A DNA stretch of 64,000 nt from Chrysomallon squamiferum (GCA_012295275.1 CM022677.1:8060001-8124000); one strand, 5' to 3'; shown: positions 14,385-29,129, counted from the stretch's first letter. Numbers and translations: made by a program. The notes: a model not told the origin generated them from the letters alone.

Positions 14385-14861
14385 GTAGTTGTGGTAGTAG
14401 CAGTAGTAGCAGTACTAATAGTAGTTGTTTTTAGAGAAATGATAAATGTAACAAGAAGAGTAGAGTAACAGCAGTGATAGTAGTAATAACAGTAGTCATA
14501 GTTGTTATTGTAGTAATTATAATAATATTAGTATAAAGAAATACAGGCAAAGGACTAATAGTGAAGAGAGTAAAAAATAACAGAAATCCTAGATGAATAA
14601 GGAATAATAGTAAATATTAGTTACAGTAATGAGGGTAGTAAAAGTAGTATAGTAGTTGCAGTAAATGTAATAGTAGCAGTATTTTATTTATTTTATATTT
14701 TACAGTTTTTTATTTATTTGGACTTTGTAGCCAACCACATCAATTCTGGCACATTAACTTGGAGAGTCTTCCACCAGGTCACCAATCTCAACAGTCAAAT
14801 ATCAGGAGAAAAAACTTTAAAAACTTGAACATGCTAAAACCAGGCAAAGAAAAACATTAAA

Positions 14862-15568
14862 ATGAAACACTTGGCAGATGACTGTGGCAAAGATAAAATC
14901 GTGGAAGTTGAGCAGCAGGTGACTTAGTGTACTTCCATTACCATTGTTTTATTTCTTTTTAGCTTAAATTTGTACTAGGAGTAATCAAAACAGTTTCATT
15001 TTTAACTCAAGAACTATATGGCTTAAGGAATGATGTTGAGGTATGTGTGAAATCAGTTCATAAAGAAAGACAGATCTATGCTAATTCTGTTGAAGGTGTT
15101 TCTGAATGAAAAATTCTACTTTAGCTTTAATTATATGATTTAAATTTATTTTAGACAGATTTGTCATGTCTAGCTAGATTATCTTTCAGTAAATAATTTG
15201 AATTGATAACTGCATCATTAAATCTCATTAGAATACAAAACAAAATATTTAAAAAGGTTATATTTCAAATTTTAGTTTACTATAATTATATTGATTCATG
15301 CAGAGTTAATTTATTGAATTGTTTAATAACAAAGAAATGTCATTATTTACTGAATGGCATTCAGAGCTTTCATCATGTATTTATAAGAATTGAAGAAACC
15401 AATATACTAATCTGTGGATTTAAACTTTTATTTTCAGAAGTTAAATCAGCTTGTTAAGGATAGAAATATTCAAGAAATTGTTGATAAATACAAACTCAGA
15501 CTGACATTTTGGAGCAAAGAGCAGCTCAAGTCTCCAGTAGAGTTGAAGTATTTGATGCTGTCCAGCAG
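14862..15568 (+). pseudogene. Three phase-compatible exon remnants (14862-14918, 14963-15040, 15438-15568) of an unidentified coiled-coil-containing gene
   Basis: Spliced read MKHLADDCGKDKIVEVEQQ|LKFVLGVIKTVSFLTQELYGLRNDVE|KLNQLVKDRNIQEIVDKYKLRLTFWSKEQLKSPVELKYLMLSS; canonical AG/GT; last exon conserved at 63343-63473. Caveats: an in-frame stop lies upstream and the first intron is only 44 nt. Confidence 0.5.
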
Positions 15569-16444
15569 GTATTTAAATACATTATTCATTGTGAACCTTT
15601 CCATTTTATTTCAGTTTTAAAAATTTGTTTAGTCTTTCACAAAATTCTATGCAAAATAGTTTTTCTTATACTGAATTAAGCAACATGCAGAAAAATATAA
15701 TATATTTGTTTTTGTAAAAAAAATTTGTGAAAATAAATAGCAATTATTCTACAATGATGCTTTGTCTGCACGTAAAAAATCATTTATTGAAAGAATCTGT
15801 AGAATGACAAATGAATAAGTATTTGTTCAGTTATAACGACACCTGTCATGACACAGCAATTATAAAAATAATATCAGATCACACTATGATTTTAAGATTC
15901 TTTTTACTTTATTTTATTTATTTATTTATAAAAGGAGCAATAATTAATAACCAGAGAATTCTACAAGTAAAATCAGTACAAATATAATTGTGTGTGTTTT
16001 TTGTAGGAGATGAGACTCAGTTGTAAAATGGAGGTAATGGTTACTCATGTTGGAAACATTAAACAATCACACAAAAAATATCAGACAGAACTTGAAGAGA
16101 ACAAGTGAGTTGACACTCTTTTCTCTTTAATTGACAAAGATGATAATGATATTTGTATAACAATTGAGGTAAAAAATAATCAGAATGTAATATTTTTGTC
16201 AGAAGCTAATGTTAACTGTTATCTCATTACTTGCATTTTTTATTTTTTTTATTAGCCCTCATCAGATAAACATTGATGAAAAAGACCGTTAATTCAGATT
16301 TTTGTAAGAAAAAATAATGTAAATTATTTGTTGCTGAATTGAGAGCTGTTACGAATTTATTCATATCTTTGTTGTCACTGATGTACTTAAGTAAGGATGG
16401 CATTGTGTTGGCTTTTTTTTGTTGTTTTTATTATTATGATTATG

Positions 16445-16492
<48 letters not shown>

Positions 16493-16585
16493 TCTTTTTC
16501 TTTTATTTTCTTACATTTTTCCTTTCTTTGTATTTTCTTTTTTATCTTCTCGAGTCTTCCATGTCCTTGCTGATGCTGCTGATGC

Positions 16586-16623
<38 letters not shown>

Positions 16624-16661
16624 TTGTTGTTGTTATTATTATTTTTTTATTATTAACAGAT

Positions 16662-16937
16662 ATGGCAACAGCTTCAGATTCCGATGATATTCTTTCATGC
16701 TGTCTTTGTATGGAAATTTTTGACAAGCTGTGAGTTCTGTATTGAGGACACTTGTTCTGCTCCAAAAGCCAGCAGGGCTACATAAACCACACTGATAATA
16801 ACAACAAGATAAAACTGTTCTTGTCCTGTTTCCATTCTCGTGTCAGGTGCAGACAAAAGAAAATTGTTGTTAGTGATTTGTACAATGTCTGTGTAAAATG
16901 TTTTTGTTTAGAAAGAAACTCACTGATAAACAGATAA
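16662..16937 (+). pseudogene. Degenerate N-terminal RING-HC exon of a TRIM-like E3 ligase
   Basis: After the acceptor ttaacag: MATASDSDDILSCCLCMEIFDKL*VLY*GHLFCSKSQQGYI...VRCRQ, matching CxxC..F..P..L.CGH.FC..C...C..CR, with TGA stops at 16731 and 16743. Confidence 0.75.
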
Positions 16938-17399
16938 GAAACTTCCTCTCCACCATGTGTTAACATGATAAAGCACTTTTACCTTGGGTGGGTGTTTTGT
17001 GTGTCAGTGTGTGTGCATGTGTTTTGTGGATGTGTTTATTATTTGCTTGTTTTTTTTTAAATTTGATTACCTAGGTCAAAGTTAGTTATAATACTTTATT
17101 CATGTTAGACAGTTATTTAGTTTTTTCACTTAAATAATATGGAGAAATTGCAGATTTAAATATATGCTTAAAAAGTCATTTTACATTAAACACATGTTAA
17201 AATTTAAAGTATTTTAAAATAAATAGCATATAAAAAAACAATTCATGAATGGTCCAATTTACATGTATCACTCAGTGACTAACAAAAATAACAAGTATTA
17301 AATACTTTTAGATTTTATATTCTTTTAGTTCTGTTTTTAACAATACCATTTTCAATTAATATTGCTGTAAGTTTCCATGAATGACCTCATATAAAAACC

Positions 17400-19310
17400 A
17401 CAGACAGGATAGTACATACCACAGTCTATAACAACAACTAGACACAATGCACTGCCTTGAACAAACATACTCACTGACAGGGTAGTACATACCACAGTCT
17501 GTAATATACTAGACACGACATACTGTGTTGAACAGACTCACTGATAGGGTAGTACATACCACAGTGTCTACAATACTAGATACAGTGCACTGCTTTGAAC
17601 AGACTCACTGACAGGGTAGTACATACCACAGTCTGTAATATATTAGACACGATGCACTGCCTTGAACAGATTCACTGACAGGGTAGTACATACCACTGTC
17701 TGTAATATAATAGACACGGTGCACTGCTTTGAACAAACATACTCACTGACAGGATAGTACATTCCACAGTCTGTAATACCAGATACAGTGCACTGCCTTG
17801 AACAGACTCACTGACAGGATAGTACATTCCACAGTCTGTAATACCAGATACAGTGCACTGCCTTGAACAGACTCACTGACAGGGTAGTGCATACCACCGT
17901 CTGTAACAACAACTAGACACGATGCACTGCCTTGAACATATTCGCTCACAGGATAGTACATACCCCAGTCTGTAATATACTAAACACGATGCATTGCCTT
18001 AAACAAACAGACTCACTGAAAGGGTAGTACATATCACACTCTGTAATATACTAAACACGATGCATTGCCTTGAAGAAACAGACTCACTGACAGGGTAGTA
18101 CATACCACAGTCTGTAATACTAGATACAGTGCAATCCCTTGAACAGACTCACTGACAGTGTAGTACATACCACAGTCTGTAACAACAACTAGACACGATG
18201 CACTGTCTTGAAGAAACACACTCACTGGCAGGAGAGTACATACCACAGTCTGTAGTAACTAGACACGAAGCATTGCCTTGAATAAACAGAATCACTGACA
18301 GGGTAGTACATACCACAGATTGTAATATAGTAGATACGATGCATTGCCATGAAGAGACTCACTGGCAGGATAGTACATACCACATTCTGTAATATAGTAG
18401 GCACGATGTACTGGCTTGAACAGACTCACTGACAGGGTAGTACATACCACAGACTGTAATATACTAGACAGATGCACTGGCTTGAACAAACAGATTATCT
18501 GACAGAATGGTACATACCACAGTTTGAAGTATACAAAACACGATCCATTGCCTTGAATAAACACTCACTGACAGGGTAGTACATACCACAGTCTGTAATA
18601 CTAGATATACTGCACTGCCTTCAACAAACAGGCTCACTGATAGGATAGGACATACCACAGTCTGTAGGATACTAGACACGGTGCACTGTCTTGAACAGAC
18701 TCAGTGACAGGATAGTACATACCACAGTCTGTAATGTGGTAGGCACGATGAACTGCCTTGAACAGACTCACTGACAGGATAGAACATACCACAGTTTGTA
18801 ATAATACTAGACACGATGCACTGGCTGAACAGACTCACTGACAGGGTAGTACATACCACAGACTGTAATGTACTAGACAGATGCACTGGCTTGAACAGAC
18901 TCACTGACAGAATGGTACATACCACAGTTTGTAGACACGATGCACTGCCTTGAATAAACAGTCTCACTGACAGGATAGTACATACCACAGTCTGTAATAC
19001 TAGACACGATAGACTGCATTGAACAAACTCACTGACAGGGTAGTACATATCACATTCAGTAATATAGTAGGCACGATGCACTGCCTTGAACAAACAGACT
19101 GACTGGCAGGTTAGTACATACCACATTCTGTAATACTAGACACGATCGACTGCCTTGAACAAACTCACTGACAGGATAGTACATACCACAGTCTGTAATA
19201 ATAAAAACTAAACACGATGCATTGCCTTGAGCAAACAGACTCACTGACAGGGTAGTACATACCACAGACTGTAAGATACTAGGCACGATGCACTGCCTTG
19301 AACAAACAGT
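17400..19310. repeat. Tandem satellite, about 65-71-bp unit, about 28 copies
   Basis: Consensus tcactgacagggtagtacataccacagtctgtaatatactagacacgatgcactgccttgaacagac. Confidence 0.95.
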
Positions 19311-19569
19311 CAGCGGTATTGAACTGTGGACTGGAGTGGCTGAATAGTAAAGATATAAAATCACATTAGTTACAGCTTTCATCTTCAAATTCCAAAATAA
19401 TTTTAGTAGGAAACTACAGAAGAACCTTACCAAACACAGAATTAGCTACTCAACTAATCTAAACTCAATCAAATTCAAACACAAAATAAGCACAACGCCA
19501 AATTGTAGCTATGGAATTTCTAAAACCATGAAACATTACTTATTTCTATGTCCACATTTTTCCAGTGAA

Positions 19570-20110
19570 CAGATTTTCTCATAGTTCAATAATGTCGATG
19601 TATTGGCTTAACTTATTTTGCCAACATCTAAAATGAAATAACAAAATTCTTTATTAATTAAAATAGCCAGAAAAAGTGAGTCCTAGTTATTTAAATCAGC
19701 TGGTAATAAATTTTCAAACAAACTGTTGTGGTTTTAATTCCGGGTAAGTAACCCTACTGGAATTGAAAAGGAAAAACATAGCAAATACAAGGTTATAGAG
19801 TTATCTTCCATGATAACTTCTTCCGTTAACCAACCGATAATTATTTAACCTGACGGTTTAAAAGTTCGCTAGATTTGTTCGTTGTCTTCACTTTAGCGAA
19901 CTAATACTTGAATTAATAAGGAAAAACAATAGCAAACTCTTGCTGACAGAGTTATAGCCTGTGATAAACTGTTTTGTTAACCAACCGATAACTCTATAAC
20001 GCTGAGGTTGGAAATGTTAGCTGGCTTCACTTTAGCATTAATGTTTAAAATTAGATGTTGGCAAATACGGTAAGCTGATACGTCGAACTTATGGAACTAT
20101 GAACAATCCT
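19570..20110. mobile_element. MITE-like element with imperfect inverted ends and internal AGAGTTAT subrepeats
   Basis: catagttc...tttgccaacatctaa (about 19580-19632) is inverted at ttagatgttggcaaa...gaactatg (about 20051-20101); two internal copies of aaggaaaaac..tagcaaa..agagttat..gataa..gttaaccaaccgataa. Confidence 0.5.
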
Positions 20111-21064
20111 TTTATGTGAAATAAATATTTGAAATAAAATTATTAACAGTGGCTCTTTTTGTTAATAACTTTGTTTTTGCACGACTAATGCATAGTGTTT
20201 TTAACATCCCAGTCGCCTAAACTGAACTTTGGTCACATCTGGCGACCTGGCGAAAAATGTCCACAGATATTGGATTCAAAAGATATAGCACTACAGATCC
20301 ACTACATGTAACACAAGCGACATATACCATAGACCCCACTGTAATAGCTGTAAATCTTCCTAAACATCTCCCCGATAATGAGAACCAGTTTTGTAAACGG
20401 TGAGAATGTTGATCGAGTGATCACTTCTCCCCTTCCATTTATTTGTGGTCCTTTTATTGAGACAGAGCGGGATGTGAATATGACAGCTGATGACAGACAT
20501 CTTCACAAGATGTAAATGCTGCTCCTGTAAGACGCTCATCAGCATAGTAATCCTCATAACTTACCCCTCTCTGCAGTTGTTATGAAAAGTAAGTCAGAAA
20601 CTGTTTCTGAAAACTCTCCTCAAACTGTTTGAGATTTCGCTCAAGTACTTTTGACTCAGTTGCTGCTGCAGGGTAACAGAAGCATTTCGTTACTGAGGAC
20701 AGTCACATGTTCTGCGTGTGTGTGTGTTTGAGACAGAGACATGTCACAGATTTTATTACGTAATAAACATTATTATTAAATGTTTCACGTAAGGGACATA
20801 ACTCTAAACTATGTTTGTGGACGCATACCACTAAAGGGAGATAACTATACTCGATGTAATTTTTACATGGTGGAGTAAACTCCTCCCACTACTGGTGATA
20901 CGTCAGGGCTTTTAATATTATATATATAAACACTTCTTGGCCCCCAAATTTGGTGGTGAAATCAACAGTTTTGGCAGTGATATAGTCTATTCTGAGTTTT
21001 ATTTAAGTTTTTTGAAACAGCTGAAAGTCCACGGTCCATCTGGCGGGCACGCTGTCAAACTTCA

Positions 21065-21833
21065 AATAAAATCAAGAGGATGAGGTATGCCGAGACATTG
21101 TCAGAAGAAGAAAGTGTCAGAGGTATGAAGAAGAGTTGGCAGAGAAGAAGAAGAAGGAAGAAGAAAAGGCAAAGAAAGCAAATGTTTTAGAGGCAAAATT
21201 ACAACAACAAAAAATAGAAGATACCAAAGTCAAAACGGCAGTTCAATTTGAAAGCTACAGCAGAACCGGTGGATGCAGCCAAAGAAACCGTTGATGGTGA
21301 TGAGCCTGAACTAGAAGACAGAGACGTAGTAGATACACAAGAAAAATGTGAACTCTGTGGCAGAGTTAATGATGGAATGAATTCTGACGAGTTCATAGGA
21401 TGTGACGGGTGCCCAAATTGGTATTGTCTTGATTCTTGTGCAAATCTTGAAATCCCAGCTGGTGCAGACTTGAAAGATATTGTATTCTTGTGTGATATTT
21501 GTCAACGAGTTTAGTTTATTGAAGTTTTGAATTTGTCTTGTATTATGATTAGGACTAATTATTAGTAGTAGTAAACAATGATTATATAGAAATAATCAGT
21601 ACAACAAATTTGAGGACCAAACTACTCATGAATGTGGGGGCCAGATTTCCCCCAAATCATCGGGCAAATCTGGCCTCTGACAACAGTTTATAGTGCTTAT
21701 AGTGTTTGTGTGTTTTGAAACAGAAATAGCTACATTACACATTATTAAGTCCATGTTGTTGTTTCCTTTTGTCTGTCAAACTGTAGGTGAGATTGAATGG
21801 AAAAGTGGACCAGAATTACCCCACCTCACCCTA
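21065..21833 (+). mobile_element. Pogo/Tigger-like DNA transposon 3' remnant: C-terminal charged coil, PHD finger, 3' TIR and TA
   Basis: ORF 21248-21514 has CELCG...FIGCDGCPNWYCLDSC...FLCDIC; frameshifted E/K-rich coil upstream; ends ccagaattaccccacctcaccc-TA (pogo-type TIR). Confidence 0.7.
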
Positions 21834-24809
21834 TATTATTTGTTTATTTCTGTTTAATGTAACTGTTTCTTTATAATAAATATATGCGTGAATTAATTAT
21901 TTTATTTCCTTTCTTAATCTTTTCTTTCTCCCTTGTTTCATTCTTTCTTAATTATTATTTTATTTATCATTTTAAGTAGTATTAATGCAAATATTGTTGT
22001 TTTTTATCAATGGGAGAGGTTCTCTGCATGCTGAAAATACTGAAGGATCTTCGAGATTAATATAAATATTAATAAATGTATTTATTTATTTATTTTGTTA
22101 ACTAAGTTAATTAATTTGCGTTTTATATCATAGAAAACTAAGCTTGTCCCTGAAAACTGCAACAGAAATGTCCTTTGTTTTGCAGTAATGAAAAAACAAA
22201 TGTTCTTGTTATTGTGATGAACGCATTTATATATAGTTCTCTAGATTATTCCTAGCTGAATATTAATTGTCTAGTTATGACTTTAATTTTTATGGGAGAT
22301 AATAGAACATAACTTTCTACAGTTAATTAATAATTAATCTGTAACAGCGCAGTGTATTTACAAAACTTGTCTTATAATATTATAAGGCTCATCTCGCGCA
22401 TTTTCGCCTTTTCACTTCTCTTTTAATAATAATGTTGCTTTTATTAATGTTTCTCTATATTCTGGACTATTTTAGTACTACTTTAAGAAAGATGCACTTG
22501 CAAATATCAATAACATGGTGAAGTTAATTCATCTTAATCTAGCCTCTCACCTCTCAACTGCAATTCTAGTATCTTAATAAAACAAAATTAAAAAATTAAA
22601 AAATCGAGAGAGAGAAAATTATAGGCTTCCTTAAACGTTGATTTATTATTCAACTTGTTAGGTACGATATATCATTTAATTAAACAATAATCTAATTATT
22701 TACTGCGAAATAAAATGATCTAATCTTGTTAATTAAAAAAAAAACCCAAAAACCCAAAACAGCTGTATTTTTCAATTCGCTATCTTTTCAATACATAATA
22801 TTATCGCTGCGCTTCTATTAACAAGATGCATCTTATTTTCATAACGACGTGTAAAATTACTCCTACTTAGCTTTTCAGTGAAACATGTTCTGATGTAATA
22901 AAATGTCACATTAGAATGGAAGCGTTGTCGACATTTTGGATTTCACATATAATTCTACTGCTGTTTATAAAAACATGCTGACGTGGAAGCCCAGTCTACA
23001 TTTCTGAATCACAGAGTTTTCACAGTAATGTTTACTATAATGCTATAGTAAACACATAAAACAACATCAACAACAAGAACAACGACAGCAACAATGACAA
23101 CAACAATAGTAATATAAAGAAAAGAAAATGTTAATCTTTATTCGATTTCTTTACTTCTCAATATCCATAGCACTTGAAATGTTAACATCATCGCTCCAGT
23201 CTGGATTTCAATACATTTTATGACGTAGCTATAGCTTCACACTGACAAGTAACCTGGAGATATCCACTTTTCAATCCTCTTTATTGTGAAATAAAACATG
23301 ATGTTGTATTTTTGTATTTAATTTTTATTTGTTAATTTTTTTTAGATAACAGTAAAAAGGTGAGAATGAGCAAGACATTTATCTGAGAAGCTCAATGACT
23401 ACTACTACTAGTACTACTACTACTACTACCACTACTACTACTACTACTACTACTAATAATAATAATAATAATAAATAAATAAATAAATAAATAAATAAAC
23501 ATCGTATAATAAAAAAAATGATGCGTACGTTTATTATAATTTATTATGTAGGTCAGAAGTGTACATTGAAAATATTAAATAGGCTTCTTCATTGTGATTT
23601 TTTAATTAACAATGTAGGATTATACTGAAAAAGTTGAGAAGAGGATAAATTAAAAATATGACATTTTTTGACTTGACCACATTACGACATTTACTAGTGC
23701 TGAATGTGGAAGAAAAATATTTTGTTTTATAGAAGATCAGTGGATAATGAGAAATATAGCTCGTGCTTACGGATTAACATTTTTGTTATTATTGACTTTA
23801 TTAGAGACTATCAACAAAAAAAAATATGTCACCTTTGTTATTACAGAAAAAACTAGTACTCTAAATCTGTGAATGCTGCAGGGAAACAGATAATTACGTA
23901 CCCTTTTTCAACTTGCTGAAAAGTTGATACTTAGCTTTTATTCTAGTGGAGAAATATACCCATTTCCAGATTCATGTTATTAACAAAAGTATCGAATATA
24001 TAAATATATATATTTTTTTTTTTGTAAGGGGTGTATGTGGCTTTTTCGTTTTTTTTTTTAGCTCTTCCTGACAGTAGTAGTAATAGAAGAAAACTTTTAA
24101 ATTCCTGGCAAAGCGGTGGGTATATTTTAGAAATATACTTTTTCTAAGCTGTAGTCAGTGAGATGGAGAAAGATGAAGGTGATTTTCATTATTACACCAC
24201 AGATTGTGCTTTTAATTAGTTTTCTGCTAGTTAATATTTAACAAGTACATTTAAATACATGTGGAACTTGCTCAACCTACACAACGGCGTGTGTTTTGTG
24301 AAGAAACGTTTGGGTGAAAGTTGCAAATACAAGTCGGACTGTGCAGACGTATTAAAAAATCTGCTGGCCAGTTTTCTTCTTCCAAAAATCAGTGTCGAGA
24401 CATGATAAAACTTGTATCTGAGAATTTACTAAAACAGAAAACTTTGACGTACAGTGAAGTTTTTTAGACATAATTTGTGACGCTGGACAGAGTTTACGTT
24501 CTATGAACAAATAAGATTTCAGTTTTATATGAATAAACTGAGATTCAACCAATTATAGCATGATCTAGTATAAAGAATATATGCTTTCTTTTTTCTTTTT
24601 ATCCTTGTTTCAGTAGTCTTTCTTAATTATTATTTTATTTATCATTTTAATTAGTATTATTGTAGTTATTGTTGTGTTTACAAAAATAACTAAATAAATA
24701 TAATCTTAAATTTAATACCGACTGCACAATTTAAATAAAATGTACGAGAAATTATCAATATTTGTTACGATGCAAAATAGAGGAAAATATAATAAAACAT
24801 CACGATGTT

Positions 24810-27163
24810 ACTGATATTTGCAAGTGCATCTTTCTTAAGTGCATCTACTAGAAAAGTCTAGAATATAGAGAAACATTAATAGACGTTTTTATTATTAAAA
24901 GTAAAGTGAAAAGGCGAGGATGCGCGAGATGAATCTTGTTTATTATAACACAAGTTCTGTAAATATACTGCGCTATTACATCAATGTATCTATCTGTCTA
25001 TTATTTAACTATATACATAAACACCATCTCACTGATATGAACTTTCGTATATAAATATCCTCTAAGGCAAACACGTATACCAAGCTATTTCTTTTCTATG
25101 TGTGTGTGAATGTGTATGTGTGTGTGTCTATCTCTCTATCTGTTTATTTGTTGATAATTTTTCTTTATTTATAATGACGACTGTAATACTGACATAACGA
25201 CATTAACGATAAAAACAACAACACTAATTGCAATAATACTACTTAAAATGATAAATAAAATAGTAATTTGGTCCTCAAATTTGTTGGACTGATTATTGCT
25301 ATATAATCATTGTTTACTACTAATAATAATTAGTCCTAATCATAATACAAGTCACATTCAATAAACTAAACTCCTTGACAAACATCACACAAGAATGCAA
25401 TATCTTTAAAGTCTGCACCAGCTGGGGTTTCAAGATTTGCGCAAGAATCAAGACAATACCAATTTGGGCACCCGTCACATTCTATGAACTCCTCAGAATT
25501 TATTCCATCATCCATTCTGCCACAGAGTTCACATTTTTCTTGTGTATCTTCTACATCTCTGTCTTCTAGTTCAAGCTCATCACCATCAACGTTTTCTCTG
25601 GCTGCATCCACCGGTTCTGCTGTAGCTTTCAAATTGAACTGCCGTTTTTGATTTGGTGTCTTCAATTTTTTTTGGTAATTTTGCCTCTAAAACATTTGCT
25701 TTCTTTGCCTTTTCTTCCTCCTCCTCCTTCTTCTCTGCCAATTCTTCTTCATACCTCTTGACACTTTCTTCTTCTGTCAATTCCTCGGCAGACCTTATCC
25801 TTTTGATTGTATTGCCCCAAGTAAAATAAAAAGCATATTTCTTGCCTAATTATCACATTTAATCAAGTTTCTTCAAGCTGAACTTAAAAACCGATTATAT
25901 TTACCTGTTATAATTTATCACTAACCTTATGTCTATAGGACTAAAAAATAACACTCACTTTTGAAACCTCAAAATGCAGTATAGCGGCTGCAAGTCATAA
26001 TATACCTCGGAGGCCAGAATTACCCCAAATTAGCTTTAAAAAAATAATTTGAATGAATCTAGTAAATTCAGTGAATGATCTATATTCAGGAGACTTGAAT
26101 TATTTTATTTTATTTTAACTTTTTTTATTTTACTCAACACTCAATCTTATTTGTATATTTACCAACGTGCGTGTTAAATAGAGTTGTTTCTCTTAGACCA
26201 CGAACTTCTGAAATAAATTACTCCTCGCACTGGCGAGGTAACGGTAAATTAGATTTGTTGCTTTTAGATAAAAATAACCAATTCTGTATAGTGTTTTGTA
26301 GCAGACAGAATCAGCTTATTAACAATCCCTGTAATTTCTTTTTCTTTTAACTAGGCAGTTTCCTGTATTTTTTTTATTTAACGTGATATTAGTATTTGAT
26401 GAATTATTGTAAAATTGCTATTTTATTTAATTTTATTTATTTATTTTATTTATTTATTTCATTTATTTTAGTTGTAAAAATGGTTAGGAAAGGCACAAGA
26501 GATCACAGTTTTTTAAAATGAACAACCATCTTTATCTTGTAAATCATAAAACGTTCAGAAAATAGACGTAAAATAATTGTATTTGGAAGTATAAAAACTT
26601 CCGTGACCTCACGGAACCTTCCGAGCGAAATCCAAGATGGCAGCAACGAACGCCGATCAATATTTACACACGTTTAAACATGTAGACCTTTATAATGCAA
26701 TAATTCTACATGTATCATGAAAAGTAATTTGGAGAAGAAAGTCATATAACCAATGTCTTTTATACATAGATGGCTAATACTCTGTAGCAATTACTGAAAA
26801 TGTTGAAACATTTCTTTTTTTATTCTTTTTTATTTTCTGACGTTGACGTAATATATCACTTCGTACTATTTTTTATTTTTTTTCACTTTTTATTACGATA
26901 TCGTCAGCCAAGAAAAAATAAATACCAAAATTTAAAAAATAAGTAAATAAATAAAAGTAAAATAAAATAACTGAAATAAAATAAAGTAAAATGAAATAAA
27001 TAATTTTCAATGACGCTGGTTGGAGGGATGGATCTCTCCATATAGATATACACACATACATACATACATATATACATACACACACACGTGTATAGGAATA
27101 ATAATGTATTTGTATGTTTAGAAGTTGATTAGCACGTATATGTATATAAAAGGATAAGTAACT

Positions 27164-27221
<58 letters not shown>

Positions 27222-28929
27222 AGGGTGGATAGATGGTAGATGATAACAAACAGGTTACTTTGTAGACAGAAGAAAGGTAGATAGATTACTAGAACTAGAT
27301 GCAAGGATGAATGAGAATATACCTGCACATCTGTAAGAAAGACTAACTCTGTTCCTTATGTATATGGCATAAATAGATAGATAAATAAATATATTTATAG
27401 ATAGATAACTAGATAGAAAGAATGTATTTAAATACTTAAAAAGGATGTAAATAGAGAGAGTGTATACGTACTGTGTGTGTGCGTGTGAGTGCAAGATAGA
27501 CTGTGGCTATGTATAACTGAGAAGGTGAGATAGATTGATATAGAGATTGTTTAGACATCGCTTCAGAGATAGATTGATGTGTTAGGTAGACAATAATTAG
27601 GTACATATATAGATAGATATATACAGCTAACATAGATAAATTGATTTGTATGGGTGTATGTGTGTATAAATATATGTGTCAGAGAGAAGGGGCATACAAA
27701 TGTGTGTCAGAGATAGTGTGTTTTTGTGGATTTTTGAAAGAGTCAGATGATTGATAGAGAGATTAAATATAAATAAATACTTGAGCGAATATATTTATGT
27801 GTGTATATATATGTGTGTGTTACAGAGGGTAGATATAGATGTATGGATGGACACACACACAAACACATTCACATAGTTATATACAACATAAATAGATACA
27901 TACATACATAGGTTCATAATAATGATTATTTGTATTTATGTTAGAGGATTGGTATATAACTGAATGTGTGAATAAGAGAATGTTTATATGTGTGTTAGGT
28001 AGATTATAGATAAATGGCTAGACTGAGATAGACTGATATGTAGGTGTGGTTCTGTGTGTTTGTGTGTTAGAGAGAGAGAACAAATATTGACCTCACTATG
28101 AAACAGAGAAGTATGTCATGTGTGTATGATTTTTCAGAGAATGAGAGATGATTATATAAATAAATACAGATATACACAGACAGACAGAGAGAGGAGAGTG
28201 ATGAATAAATGGTTAGCTAGACAGGTAATGGGCACATGTATATGAGTAAAAAAATCATATTTCTTCATTAAAGTCTGTTTCTAATAACTATGTTAGAAAG
28301 AGGTGAGCAGGTGCGAGTTTAAGCTACACCACAGGTTGACCAATAAAGAGACAGACAGATAGACAAATAGCCAGAGACATTGATGATTAAATAAAACAAA
28401 TATATAGATAGACTCATAGGTAGATAGAAACATGCAGGTAAGTAAGGATGGATGGAATGTTAGATGGATGAAAGTTTTGGTGCAAGGAAGAATTGGGAAA
28501 ATAATAAAAAGATAAAAAGAGGGAATGATGGACTGAAAGGTTTTTTATTAGATGAGCAATTACTTTTCAGACTTTATCACATTGTTAACACTTAAGGTCC
28601 AAATTGTAGGCCCATGGATTGAGTGATATATCAATGGAATTTGCTTGATCTATAATCTGTATGATGACAAATATGTGGAGTTAGGAGGGAGGCACGACTG
28701 GAGGTACCAATAAATTGTTATTGAGAGACTAGTGATTTCTAGTATTGTTTATGAAGAGGACATTAATCTGGAAATCTGAAAGCATAGTCTTCATCTGCTG
28801 ATTAGAAGGTCAATATGATCAGATAAGAAGAGTCTATAATATTTTCTGTTAAATAGCACATTAAACACATAATCTATAATACATAATTATACTTAAACAT
28901 CTGGTAAAATAAAATAATCCATCTAATTA
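24810..28929. repeat. Copy 1 of a 4.1-kb duplicated segment (copy 2 at about 29845-33991)
   Basis: Colinear near-identity at an offset of about 5.0 kb, from gatatttgcaagtgcatctttc through catctaatta. Confidence 0.9.
25270..26030 (-). mobile_element. Pogo-like PHD-finger transposon remnant, copy 2
   Basis: ORF 25366-25665 PHD finger; ORF 25586-25780 E/K coil in another frame; TIR-like ccagaattacccca at about 26014. Confidence 0.7.
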
Positions 28930-29129
28930 NNNNNNNNNNNNNNNNNNNNNNNNNNNNNNNNNNNNNNNNNNNNNNNNNNNNNNNNNNNNNNNNNNNNNNN
29001 NNNNNNNNNNNNNNNNNNNNNNNNNNNNNNNNNNNNNNNNNNNNNNNNNNNNNNNNNNNNNNNNNNNNNNNNNNNNNNNNNNNNNNNNNNNNNNNNNNNN
29101 NNNNNNNNNNNNNNNNNNNNNNNNNNNNN
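28930..29129. other. Assembly gap (200 N)
   Basis: Run of 200 n. Confidence 1.

Noticed and set aside
17400-19310. CRISPR-like appearance of regularly spaced repeats (also 50521-50868 and 51318-51790)
   Set aside because: Units are contiguous with no unique spacers, there are no cas genes, and the context is eukaryotic; the Cys/Tyr-rich ORFs are satellite translations
21311-21505. Antisense ORFs over the PHD fingers (also 25375-25569 and 30396-30590)
   Set aside because: Shadow frames of the PHD-coding strand
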